Positions 48,825-58,372 are shown, numbered from the stretch's first letter. The stretch: 64,000 nt of DNA from a virus (IMGVR_UViG_3300010163_000002:96001-160000); one strand, 5' to 3'. Notes: generated by a model not told the origin, from the sequence alone. Made by a program: numbers and translations.

Positions 48825-50345
48825 ATGGACAACGATAAGAAGGTTGATGGGCCAAATATAGTTTTGCAATATCCATTCAACGACAAATACGATTATGAGA
48901 CAGAGTTAAATAGAATAGATCTTGATAAGCGTAGAGTAGAGAATATTAAAACTGGTAAAGGTTTTATTATTTCCTCGCCAAGAAGTATCAAGAAAGATAT
49001 TAAAAATCAGGAGGGTATATTTTCAAGTAGATACGGATCAAATTCCATTTCTGATGTAGATTCTTTCAATGGCAGATACCGTTGTAAATGCGGTAGAAAG
49101 AGAGGGTCTATTAATCACGGCGATTTATGTTTAGTATGTGGCGAAAGAGTTAGGTTAGTTGATGATGATGTATCAATTAAAGGATATTTAGTTCTTAAAG
49201 ATCCGTATTGGATTATACATCCAAATATTTATTGTGCATTGGAGGCATTCATTGGAGCCACAAGATTAAACAGAATTATAGAACCAGAAGTCAATATAGA
49301 CTGTAATGGCGCTGTTATTAATACTGCTTCTACAAAAAAGAATGAACCATTTAAGGGTATTGGATTGATAGAATTTCATGATAGATTTGATGAAATTATG
49401 AATTTCTATTTATCAAAATATCCTGGAAAGAAGAATTACTATGATAGTATTATGAGTGCGAGAGATATAGTATTTACTCATACTATTAGCGTATATTCAT
49501 CTTTACTGAGACCGTCTCGTCTTGATAATGGTTCATTAAGATACGAGGCATGCAATGAGCAATTTAATATGCTGGCTTCATTGGTATACAGGGTAAATAA
49601 TGATAAACTTCATATGAATCGTAAGATTAAAGAAAAGTATGAATTGCTCTATGATATCCAGTGCCAGCTTAATTCTGTTTATATAGAATTAAAGAATATT
49701 TTAAGTAAAAAGAAAGGCGATATTAGATCATCAATTGGAGGTCGATTTTGCTTTAGTGAGCGTAGCGTGATTAGGCAGGATGTTAATTTAATGCCAGATC
49801 AAATTCGTCTTCCATTTCATGGATTATGCGAATTATTACAACAGGTTATTATTAATATCCTTGTAAAAACATACAACTTTAGCTATGCTAAAGCATATAA
49901 GAAATGGTATAAGGCTCAGGTTACTGGGCATGATCAAGTTGTTTATGATATTATAAATGGTTTGATACATGATTCACCTGGAGGATTGCCATTTATTATT
50001 AATAGAAATCCAACTATCTCGTACGGTGGCGTACTTATGGTAAGATGTATTGGTATTAATATGGATTTTACTATGAGTATTTCATTATTAATATTGAAAC
50101 TGTTAGCAGCAGATTTCGATGGAGATACACTTAATATTCTCTATTTGCTTAATCAGGAATTTATCAAAATAGCAGAAGAGGTTATTAATCCAAGACAGAT
50201 GTTTATATCTAGGAATGATGGTATGTGCAATTCAGACCTTCTTCATTCTAGAGATGTAATCATAAACGCAAATGCTCTTAAGAATTTGTATGTATATTCC
50301 AATGGAGAATTAGAACAAATTAGAGCCATGCAAAATATAAACTAA
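48825..50345 (+). CDS. rpoC: Phage RNA polymerase beta' subunit, N-terminal/catalytic part (probably non-virion RNAP)
   Basis: Zn motif 'CKCG...CLVC', 'KKG.IR', 'RSVI', 'NRNPTI', catalytic 'AADFDGD'. Confidence 0.92.
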   Translation: MDNDKKVDGPNIVLQYPFNDKYDYETELNRIDLDKRRVENIKTGKGFIISSPRSIKKDIKNQEGIFSSRYGSNSISDVDSFNGRYRCKCGRKRGSINHGDLCLVCGERVRLVDDDVSIKGYLVLKDPYWIIHPNIYCALEAFIGATRLNRIIEPEVNIDCNGAVINTASTKKNEPFKGIGLIEFHDRFDEIMNFYLSKYPGKKNYYDSIMSARDIVFTHTISVYSSLLRPSRLDNGSLRYEACNEQFNMLASLVYRVNNDKLHMNRKIKEKYELLYDIQCQLNSVYIELKNILSKKKGDIRSSIGGRFCFSERSVIRQDVNLMPDQIRLPFHGLCELLQQVIINILVKTYNFSYAKAYKKWYKAQVTGHDQVVYDIINGLIHDSPGGLPFIINRNPTISYGGVLMVRCIGINMDFTMSISLLILKLLAADFDGDTLNILYLLNQEFIKIAEEVINPRQMFISRNDGMCNSDLLHSRDVIINANALKNLYVYSNGELEQIRAMQNIN

Positions 50346-50364
50346 AAAATGGAGGAATAAGAAA

Positions 50365-50961
50365 ATGAATAAAAACAAAAATGCAAAATCCGCAGTAGAA
50401 GAGGTGCACGTTATGCTCGATCGTGCTTTAAATGAAATGGTTAGTAATGGGTTAGAAGTTGATGGGCGACTAGACATTATTGATCCAAATACAAATGAAA
50501 AATGCTCTGTGTATGTAGGCAAAGATCCCACGTACGACCCCGATTTTGAAGATGCTGTATGTGGCGATGATTATGATGAGATTGAAAGTACAAAACCCGA
50601 GACAGAATGTGAGTGCCAGGACGATGAAACAGCGTTTATCGATGCGGTACAGGATATATTCATGCACGGATTATCGGATCATAATAGCGCCATTGGCACT
50701 ATAAGAAGGGATAATATTAATAAGTTCTTTAATGATTGTGGAATTGTATTTCCAAATACAAACGAGATTAAATTTGAAAATAGATGTTTATCAGATGGGC
50801 AGCTTGATATGGTTGATAACATTAGGTCTAATAATGTTATTGTTACTGAATATTTAACGGAAGTATTCAGACGCGGATTATCAGCATTGCTTGAATATAA
50901 CACACAGGCAATGATACGGTATCATAATATGTGCTCAATTGTTGAAAAGGAGGACAAATAA
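50365..50961 (+). CDS. Hypothetical acidic protein
   Basis: 198-aa ORF, GGAGG RBS; C-terminal NMCSIVE motif. Confidence 0.7.
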   Translation: MNKNKNAKSAVEEVHVMLDRALNEMVSNGLEVDGRLDIIDPNTNEKCSVYVGKDPTYDPDFEDAVCGDDYDEIESTKPETECECQDDETAFIDAVQDIFMHGLSDHNSAIGTIRRDNINKFFNDCGIVFPNTNEIKFENRCLSDGQLDMVDNIRSNNVIVTEYLTEVFRRGLSALLEYNTQAMIRYHNMCSIVEKEDK

Positions 50962-51218
50962 TGCCAAGATTTTCTGTCGGAGATATTGTAGAGGTAGCAG
51001 ATAAAATAGATCCAGAGAACCAACCAACTGTTACAGCTACAGTAAAATATGTAGAGCCAGATGATGAGATCGAAGGCTTGTACTGGCTTTATCTTTTAGC
51101 TGACGAAGAAGTTCTTAATGCTATTGTAGATGATAATCCTGCAGTTGGCAATTATTGGACTATAATTGAAGATTGCAGCAATTATATCAGATTACTCAGT
51201 AAAGCAACTATGATGTAG
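50961..51218 (+). CDS. Small SH3/KOW-like hypothetical protein
   Basis: 'FSVGDIVEV' start; AGGAGG RBS; TAATG coupling. Confidence 0.6.
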   Translation: MPRFSVGDIVEVADKIDPENQPTVTATVKYVEPDDEIEGLYWLYLLADEEVLNAIVDDNPAVGNYWTIIEDCSNYIRLLSKATMM

Positions 51219-51228
51219 TAAATAAATT

Positions 51229-51249
51229 GGGGAGGAATAAATCCTCCCC
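51229..51249 (+). terminator. Rho-independent terminator
   Basis: GGGGAGGA-ataaa-TCCTCCCC followed by a T-tract. Confidence 0.8.
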
Positions 51250-51312
51250 GGTTTTATTTTTTATAAAATATATAATAACGGTATATTATACATAAGAAAG
51301 GAGGAATTAAAA

Positions 51313-51981
51313 ATGACGAATACATTAGAAATTTGTACTGATGCCAGTATCAAGACATTCAGAAATGGTAGAGTTTTTGGGTGTTCTGGGGCACTAAGCA
51401 TCACAACTATGGAACAAGAGTATTTAATTACTCAAGATACCACTAATAACAGATCAGAATTATTAGGGGTATTATTAGGATTACAACTTGGCAAGAAAAT
51501 TATTGACAGACAGCCGGGCGTGTTTAATTATATTTGTATTTATTCTGATAGCCAATTTGCGATTTTTGGGTTGACTAGATGGATGGACGGATGGTTAAAA
51601 ACAAAAGATGCAAATGGCATTATGTATGGTAGTAATGGTAAAGCAATAAAAAATCAGGAGCTATTCATGTGCATATTGTCTTATATAACAAGTAATAACC
51701 TTAAAGTTATATTTAGACATTGTTCTGGGCATGTGAGGTTCACAAGTCCTAAAATGTTAAAATTAGCTAATGATGCATTTTATAGATCCAATGGCATGTA
51801 TCTTAGACCAGAAGATATCTATAAAATATCATACTACAATTCAATTGTAGATAATACCACAAGGCAAAAACTACAGACAATAAATCCAGATGCGTATCCG
51901 ATTATGGATTATACTGAGGACTATCGGAATATGACTAAGTATATAATTCCGAATAATTATAAAGACTATTTAGGAGTATAA
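51313..51981 (+). CDS. rnhA: Ribonuclease HI
   Basis: 'CTDAS', 'TNNRSEL', 'YSDSQF', 'IKNQEL', 'HCSGH', 'N..VD'. Confidence 0.9.
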   Translation: MTNTLEICTDASIKTFRNGRVFGCSGALSITTMEQEYLITQDTTNNRSELLGVLLGLQLGKKIIDRQPGVFNYICIYSDSQFAIFGLTRWMDGWLKTKDANGIMYGSNGKAIKNQELFMCILSYITSNNLKVIFRHCSGHVRFTSPKMLKLANDAFYRSNGMYLRPEDIYKISYYNSIVDNTTRQKLQTINPDAYPIMDYTEDYRNMTKYIIPNNYKDYLGV

Positions 51982-51986
51982 ATATT

Positions 51987-53045
51987 ATGAATATACCACA
52001 GCAAAATATGATGGATATGATTCAAAATGGCGCATTTGGAACCACATCGCCATTCATGAATCCACCAGAGTATCAACCTCAAGGTAATATGATACCGTTT
52101 GGAGGTTATAACGTATATCAACAACCGCAGCAATATAGTTATTATAACAATAATTTATATGGCGGTCAAAATAATCAAAATTTTATATTTCAACCAGTTA
52201 ATGGTGGATATAATCCGCCATCGCCTTATGGAAATATTAGCCCATATCAACAACAGGGTAGTTATAGTAATCCATATGGTAATATATTTACACCACAATA
52301 CCAACAGCAACCATACCCTACGTCATATTATAGTTCGTATGGTTATCAGTCTTATTATTCTCCATTGGCTATAGCCAAAATGCAAGAAGAACAGACTAAT
52401 ATGTTTAAACTTAAATGTCGCATAGTTAATAGTTTTTTCGGAAAAGAAACAAATGAAAAAATGTTAGATGCTATGTGTAATGCTCAAAACCAAACTTATA
52501 ATAAGACAGCGGAGCAAATTCAAGATGAAGAAGATATAAGATTTGTAATGCACTTATCAGATATATCGAATGGGCTAGTTCCAGAATCTGAAATAGCAAT
52601 AGATAGAGCTGGAAAAATGATAAATTTGATGAGTTATAATCTTCATAAGGAATTCGATAATCATTCATTATGTCAATTCCTAGAAGAAGATTTATGGAGA
52701 TTGCAAAGAGATAATTGGGTTAGAGAAAATATTCAACTCAATAATGATAGAAACTTGTCTAAAGTTTATAATAGCAGTGATTATAATGAATTATTAAGAT
52801 TGCATAACAGTTCAAATAGTCCATATACTTCACAGTTATTAGATAATTCTAGATATGATAATAATCTTGATGATTTAGAACTTGGCGTGCAAAGCGCAAT
52901 GGATAGAGCTAGACGAAGGCAAGCTATTCTTGAAGGCAGAATACCAGAGTTAGTATCATCGGAAGAAGCACAACAGAGAAGGGGGTTATTTACGCAATCG
53001 TTAATGCAGCAAATCTATAGGAAAGGAGCGTCTACCAATGTCTAG
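51987..53045 (+). CDS. Protein with N-terminal Q/Y/N/P/S-rich low-complexity domain
   Basis: About 125 aa of 'YQQPQQYSYYNNN...PYQQQGSYSNPYG...' followed by a helical domain. Confidence 0.75.
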   Translation: MNIPQQNMMDMIQNGAFGTTSPFMNPPEYQPQGNMIPFGGYNVYQQPQQYSYYNNNLYGGQNNQNFIFQPVNGGYNPPSPYGNISPYQQQGSYSNPYGNIFTPQYQQQPYPTSYYSSYGYQSYYSPLAIAKMQEEQTNMFKLKCRIVNSFFGKETNEKMLDAMCNAQNQTYNKTAEQIQDEEDIRFVMHLSDISNGLVPESEIAIDRAGKMINLMSYNLHKEFDNHSLCQFLEEDLWRLQRDNWVRENIQLNNDRNLSKVYNSSDYNELLRLHNSSNSPYTSQLLDNSRYDNNLDDLELGVQSAMDRARRRQAILEGRIPELVSSEEAQQRRGLFTQSLMQQIYRKGASTNV

Positions 53046-54675
53046 AGTGTCTTTAATCGAGCAATTATATGCGCCGAAAAAGAAGAGTGCTCTAGAGTTT
53101 AACTATGATGCTTTATGGGCACCGCCAATAGGGTGTTTATTATCCCAGAGTGATTTAGGGGATTTACATTATATTGCATCTTCGTTGAAATATAATGGAA
53201 ATATAGAAAAGAAGTACGAGCTTATAGATACTGTGATGAAACGAAGAGGTTTTCGTAGAGGAAATTGCGGTACTAATCGAGTGGTTTATAACTTCTTAGA
53301 AGATCAAAGATTTTGTTTTAAGGTTGCTTTAGACAGAGTTGGAATGAAAGATTCCCCTGCAGAGTTCATAAACCAGGAGTATTTCAAACCATTCTGTTGT
53401 AAAATATTTGAAGTAGATCAATCAGGAGTTGTAGGATCAGTAGAAAGGGTGAATCCTATATCATCATTAGAAGAATTTTTATCTATAGCAGATGATATTT
53501 TCAATATGATGATAACTAAAATTATAGGAAAATATGTTGTAGATGATTTAGGTACTGAAAAATTTATGAATTATGGAATAAGATATAATTCTAATGGCGT
53601 AGCATTTGGGCCTGTAGTTATAGATTTTCCATACGCATATAAATTAGACGGAGCTAAACTTATATGTAGAAAACCAGTACAAACAAAATACGGTATGACT
53701 CCATGTGGAGGAGAAATAGATTATGATGCTGGATTGAATCGTATGATGTGCACTAAATGTGGCAGAACATACACAGCGAAAGAATTATCTCAGGATGATT
53801 CAAATGTAATAAAATTCTATTCAGGAGATGTGAAAGGAGATCATAAAATGAGAGTAAGAGTTATAAGAAGATCAGATAGATCTGTTGTAAAGGATAGCGG
53901 TAGAAGTTCAAATGTATATTTATCAGAAGAAGATTTTAGATCTTCATATGGTAAGTTTGTAAATGAAACGCTTGAACCGACGCCTGTAGTAGAGACAATA
54001 AACAATAGGGCCGAACCTATCAAGAAATTTAGAGATAGATATTATACAAGTCTTCAGGTTGAAGCATTTAATAAAAGTCAGGAAGCTATGAAAGCAGCTT
54101 ATGATCAGCCATCAAATCCTGTAGTTAAAACTATTAAAGAATCAGGTTTTAATTCTATTGAATACGGACAGCCGGGAGGGCTAGAAAATTACGTTAGCCC
54201 AGAGCCAACACCTGTGATTGAAACTGTAAATACCAATTTATTCTCATTGGTTCAGGATACTTTAGAGCAGGATGAAGAGGCCGACATTGTTGAATCTGAA
54301 GTTGATAATAACGTAGAAGATGATGATAGGACTTGGCTTAATTTAAAAGACGAAGAAGGAGACGGCGATCTTATCAAGGCTATAGTAGATACGGTTGTAG
54401 ATGCAGCTAAGGATTGCATTAAAGAGAAAGACGAAAAAGCAATTCAATATTCTATAGAGCAGGATGAATATAATGATCAATCAGATCAGATAGATGAGCC
54501 GGAGTCTGGATTGTATGATGAGTATAATTATGAAAATCAGGACGATTACGATGATGGATCGGAAGAATACAGCGCGTATATTAAAGAAGATAATAAACGC
54601 AACAAAAGAGATAATAAAAGAGAACAAAGTATCAGAGCAAAAAAGAATAAATATGGCGATATGAGCCAATATTAA
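53038..54675 (+). CDS. Protein-kinase-like enzyme with Zn-finger and acidic tail
   Basis: 'CGTNRVVY' (Gly loop), 'FKVA' (Lys), 'PAEF' (helix C), 'DDLG....NYG' (catalytic loop), 'VVIDF'; 'CGG...CTKCG'. Confidence 0.68.
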   Translation: MSRVSLIEQLYAPKKKSALEFNYDALWAPPIGCLLSQSDLGDLHYIASSLKYNGNIEKKYELIDTVMKRRGFRRGNCGTNRVVYNFLEDQRFCFKVALDRVGMKDSPAEFINQEYFKPFCCKIFEVDQSGVVGSVERVNPISSLEEFLSIADDIFNMMITKIIGKYVVDDLGTEKFMNYGIRYNSNGVAFGPVVIDFPYAYKLDGAKLICRKPVQTKYGMTPCGGEIDYDAGLNRMMCTKCGRTYTAKELSQDDSNVIKFYSGDVKGDHKMRVRVIRRSDRSVVKDSGRSSNVYLSEEDFRSSYGKFVNETLEPTPVVETINNRAEPIKKFRDRYYTSLQVEAFNKSQEAMKAAYDQPSNPVVKTIKESGFNSIEYGQPGGLENYVSPEPTPVIETVNTNLFSLVQDTLEQDEEADIVESEVDNNVEDDDRTWLNLKDEEGDGDLIKAIVDTVVDAAKDCIKEKDEKAIQYSIEQDEYNDQSDQIDEPESGLYDEYNYENQDDYDDGSEEYSAYIKEDNKRNKRDNKREQSIRAKKNKYGDMSQY

Positions 54676-54682
54676 CTAGGAG

Positions 54683-55354
54683 GTGCTGATTATGTTTAAC
54701 AATCACACTATGTCAGTAGTCACAGATTTAGGAGAAATAGCAAATGTAATTAACAATATTGATTATATTGCTGTGGCAGCAATTACAACAAGCGATTATC
54801 CAAAATTACCAAATATCTATAATGCAACTATTCTTATGCCACCTACAGAAATATTAATGAAATGGGCGGAAGGCGATCCATATATTATGCAGAATCAGTA
54901 TCCTGCATATCTGAACAGCCAATGTCCTGATGATATGATAGTTGCTTTATTGGCTCTATTGACTAAAAAGAATGTGATACTATATATGCCAATGGATGAA
55001 TTTAATGTATTTGGTATGATGTTGCTTAACCATATATACTTTTCATATGGTATCACATGCAATACACCAACTACAAGGTTCGACGTTGATGCAACAAGAA
55101 TACCGCTGTTATTGTGCAAGTTCTATATGATAGACGCTATGAGCTCGCAGGATCTTTTAGCATCATATCCTGCCAATTCGCCATTACCATATTTTGTTAT
55201 AAACAAGCTTGCTGAGGAATTGCATCCATTTAGTTATCCAGTTACGTTTAATGAATATGCAGATTATTTTAATAATCTTAATGCTTCTAAAGGTAACAAT
55301 ATCGTTCATCCGTCTATGGTTAAGGTGGTAGATAAAAATGATAATCTTCATTGA
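54683..55354 (+). CDS. Hypothetical protein (paralog pair C)
   Basis: AGGAGG RBS; resembles 55338-55868; C-terminal SMVKVVD motif. Confidence 0.7.
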   Translation: MLIMFNNHTMSVVTDLGEIANVINNIDYIAVAAITTSDYPKLPNIYNATILMPPTEILMKWAEGDPYIMQNQYPAYLNSQCPDDMIVALLALLTKKNVILYMPMDEFNVFGMMLLNHIYFSYGITCNTPTTRFDVDATRIPLLLCKFYMIDAMSSQDLLASYPANSPLPYFVINKLAEELHPFSYPVTFNEYADYFNNLNASKGNNIVHPSMVKVVDKNDNLH

Positions 55355-55868
55355 TAATCCGACGCTTATCAACGCATTAAGTTACAAGTTTGCAGGCAGG
55401 AAAATAGAAGTGTTGAACTTATCTTCGCTGTATAGCGGATATATAAATATAACAAATCTTATAGCTAATTTGGCTCCGATAAATACTACCGGAGTCGCAA
55501 TGCCTGAATTTGTAAATTCATATGATTTTGATATGCAATATGCATCCGCTATATTTAATAATCCAAGTTTGTATGAATCATTTATGAATATAATGATAAG
55601 AGCATATGAAGGTTATGTGGTATGCATATTAGTTCAAAGAGATCCGTATAGAGACGCTGTTATGGAATCTTTAATCAAACTTATTCAGCAAAGATATGGT
55701 TATAGTTGCTGGATAATTGAAGATGAAGGAGATGCAGATGTGATATATGAGCAAATGTTAAATCCTTATGGCATAATGACATTAGATCAAGATATACGTG
55801 TATATAATGATGCGTATGCTAAAGGTATGGTTAACGGAGGCATTTTACCAAATATATGCGTTGAGTAG
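55338..55868 (+). CDS. Hypothetical protein (paralog pair C)
   Basis: 'LIKLIQQRYGYSC' versus 'LLNHIYFSYGITC' in the upstream gene. Confidence 0.7.
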   Translation: MIIFIDNPTLINALSYKFAGRKIEVLNLSSLYSGYINITNLIANLAPINTTGVAMPEFVNSYDFDMQYASAIFNNPSLYESFMNIMIRAYEGYVVCILVQRDPYRDAVMESLIKLIQQRYGYSCWIIEDEGDADVIYEQMLNPYGIMTLDQDIRVYNDAYAKGMVNGGILPNICVE

Positions 55869-55872
55869 TATC

Positions 55873-55904
55873 ATATTAGGGAGTCTTAATTGGCTCCCTG
55901 ATAT
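55873..55904 (+). terminator. Rho-independent terminator
   Basis: ATATTAGGGAGTC-ttaatt-GGCTCCCTGATAT then T-tract. Confidence 0.72.
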
Positions 55905-55951
55905 TTTTTATAAAATAAGCTTGACATCATAATAATTAAGGAGGTGCTAAG

Positions 55952-56647
55952 ATGCTTAATCAAACAGATATAGATAAAATTATGCAAGATATATTAGAAG
56001 GTAAAAAAGTATATCTTTATTACACTGCCCATATGATTGAGGGTAGAGAAACTAATATTCTTGATGAGCATATGTATAAAAGTGTATCGCGTTTTAAAAT
56101 TGTTAAAGTAAAAGTAAATAATGTATGTAACGCATATTTTGAAAAGTTGAATTTCTTAAATCATCCAGAGCAATATCATGTAGAAGAAGAGGAATGTTAC
56201 TACACATTTGGCTCTAAATATATACATTATTTTTCAGTAAAAAATTCTGATAAAAAATCTTATAGCAAGGATATTAATCCTAGAACGCCTTCAAATATTT
56301 ACGGATATAGAAGAGAAATATTTGAAAATGGTGTACTTATTAGTGAGTATAATGATCCTAGCCCTGTAAAAGAAGTGTATACTAATAATCCAAAATTTGG
56401 AACTTATCCTCAATCTAAAGTAATTGATATGATAAATAAAGGTGGTTTATCATGGAAATATCTTAAGTTAAATAATCCTGCGCTTGTTGATGGGATAGAC
56501 TATAATTATGTAACATCTGATTGGTATATATTGGATCTTGAAAATTATCCAATGATAGAAAAACCATTAATCAATACCAAACAGTATAGTGGCTATTTTA
56601 TGACTCTGGAAGGAGCATTTAGATATATTGAACAACTTCAAGCATAA
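55952..56647 (+). CDS. Hypothetical protein
   Basis: 231-aa ORF, AAGGAGG RBS, GACA-N6-TAA upstream. Confidence 0.72.
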   Translation: MLNQTDIDKIMQDILEGKKVYLYYTAHMIEGRETNILDEHMYKSVSRFKIVKVKVNNVCNAYFEKLNFLNHPEQYHVEEEECYYTFGSKYIHYFSVKNSDKKSYSKDINPRTPSNIYGYRREIFENGVLISEYNDPSPVKEVYTNNPKFGTYPQSKVIDMINKGGLSWKYLKLNNPALVDGIDYNYVTSDWYILDLENYPMIEKPLINTKQYSGYFMTLEGAFRYIEQLQA

Positions 56648-56654
56648 ATATTAC

Positions 56655-56679
56655 AGTGGAAGGATATTATCCTTCCACT
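56655..56679. terminator. Hairpin terminator
   Basis: AGTGGAAGGATA-t-TATCCTTCCACT. Confidence 0.7.
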
Positions 56680-56704
56680 AAATTTCTATAGGAGGTTAAA
56701 TAAT

Positions 56705-57538
56705 ATGAAAGCTATAGTGGCAACAGATAAAATGTGGGGGATTGGTAAAGATGGTAAACTATTATTTAATATAAAAGAAGATATGGAATTCTTCAAGACT
56801 ATAACATGCGGTAAAATTATAGTAATGGGCCGTAAAACATATGAATCCATCGGTAAAGCCCTTCCAGGCAGAATCAACTTTATTGTTACAAATAATGCAG
56901 AATACAAGAAGCTTAATGAACACTTTATTGAATTTGGAACTCTTGAAGAAATAAATTATGCTATTAAGCAATTTGACACCGATGATGTGTTTATTATTGG
57001 CGGGGAATCTATATATAAGAAATTTTTAAACAGATGCGATACAGTATATCATACAAAATATGATGCTGTTATTGATTCTGATGCAGAAATGCCAAATCTT
57101 GCATTCAATAATTTTGAATATATTAAAACTATAAGAAGCGCAAATTATTTTGGAATTGATTATACAATAAATATATGGAAACCATGCGGTCCTAAAGGCC
57201 ATAAAGGCGTAATAAATGTAGTACAGGATAAAAATATTCATTATATGTATACAGATGATTTTAATTATTATTTTGATGTGTATCAGGGAACAGAAATTAC
57301 TGATATGAAATATGTACAGTCTGTTGCATATGATTTATTATCATGGAATTTTATTTATTCAACTGATAAAATATCAGATGGGTTGTATCGTACAATAAGT
57401 GTACCTAAGAATGCAATATATGGTAATAAAAGGTGTGGAGGAATATCAACAGAATGTTTTGGGGCATTTGGAGGTTCAGAAGATGAATCTAGACTTAATC
57501 TTATACGACTCATTAAGTCTATTATTAACCATGAATAA
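56705..57538 (+). CDS. folA: Dihydrofolate reductase with an unknown C-terminal domain
   Basis: 'AIVATDKMWGIGKDGKL', 'EDMEFFK', 'VMGRKTYESI..ALPGR', 'FIIGGESIY'; about 115 extra C-terminal aa. Confidence 0.9.
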   Translation: MKAIVATDKMWGIGKDGKLLFNIKEDMEFFKTITCGKIIVMGRKTYESIGKALPGRINFIVTNNAEYKKLNEHFIEFGTLEEINYAIKQFDTDDVFIIGGESIYKKFLNRCDTVYHTKYDAVIDSDAEMPNLAFNNFEYIKTIRSANYFGIDYTINIWKPCGPKGHKGVINVVQDKNIHYMYTDDFNYYFDVYQGTEITDMKYVQSVAYDLLSWNFIYSTDKISDGLYRTISVPKNAIYGNKRCGGISTECFGAFGGSEDESRLNLIRLIKSIINHE

Positions 57539-57572
57539 TAATATAATATCTTTGTAAGGAGGCGAAGATATT

Positions 57573-58370
57573 ATGTTATATGACAAAACTAATTATACTG
57601 CTGATATATCATATCTTAATAATATATTCATTACAGAATATGATATATCAAAATGTAATATAAATGTTTTATTTACTAAAGGTATTATAGATAAAAACAC
57701 ATATAATTATTTGTATAATGCAGAACGTATGGTACGTCAGGTATACGTTGGCAAACTACAGAAAGATAAGAGCGTGGCTGATGCTCTTAAGTCTGGTATA
57801 ATAGAAGCAAAGAGGATGCTTTTTGAAGCTAATAACTTGCATGATAGAGATATATTAAGTATAAAGAATGATGCTGTATTTGTGATCAACAGAAAACTAC
57901 AAACAACTCAATTTGGTTTAATTAAGTTTACACCTAAAGGAGTTTATACATCATTCTATAAACTTAGGGGATTAGAAGCATATTATTACTATAACAATAT
58001 AAACAAAAATGAGTATATAGAAATTAAAGGGATGTCTGATAAAAATTTGGTATTGCATGAAAATTATTTCTTACAATTCTTAAAAGATGTATTCTATACA
58101 ATTCAGACAGTTGGCCCGGAGATAGCTTTAAGATTAATAAAAGATTTCTATATGCAATATACATCCATGCAATTACCAGTAGAATATTATAGGATGTTTG
58201 ACGCTAGTTCAGAATATCATTACATGTTTAAAACTGGTATTGGTACAGGGTTCAATATTAATTATATACCGGAGAATAGCAAAATGGCAATAGATAAATC
58301 TTATAATCTTAGTATTATTATGCAAATGCAAAGATATGTAGTGTCTATGTACTTTAATAAGTATAAATAA
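57573..58370 (+). CDS. Hypothetical protein with family-B polymerase palm-like motifs
   Basis: 'EYDISKCN' (motif A-like) and 'SIKNDAVF' (motif C-like). Confidence 0.45.
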   Translation: MLYDKTNYTADISYLNNIFITEYDISKCNINVLFTKGIIDKNTYNYLYNAERMVRQVYVGKLQKDKSVADALKSGIIEAKRMLFEANNLHDRDILSIKNDAVFVINRKLQTTQFGLIKFTPKGVYTSFYKLRGLEAYYYYNNINKNEYIEIKGMSDKNLVLHENYFLQFLKDVFYTIQTVGPEIALRLIKDFYMQYTSMQLPVEYYRMFDASSEYHYMFKTGIGTGFNINYIPENSKMAIDKSYNLSIIMQMQRYVVSMYFNKYK

Positions 58371-58372
58371 AA

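Noticed and set aside
6083-50345. Group I introns or inteins in gyrase, helicase, NrdD or RNAP genes (common in AR9-like phages)
   Set aside because: Reading frames are continuous, lengths are ordinary, and no intein splice motifs or homing-endonuclease inserts were seen.
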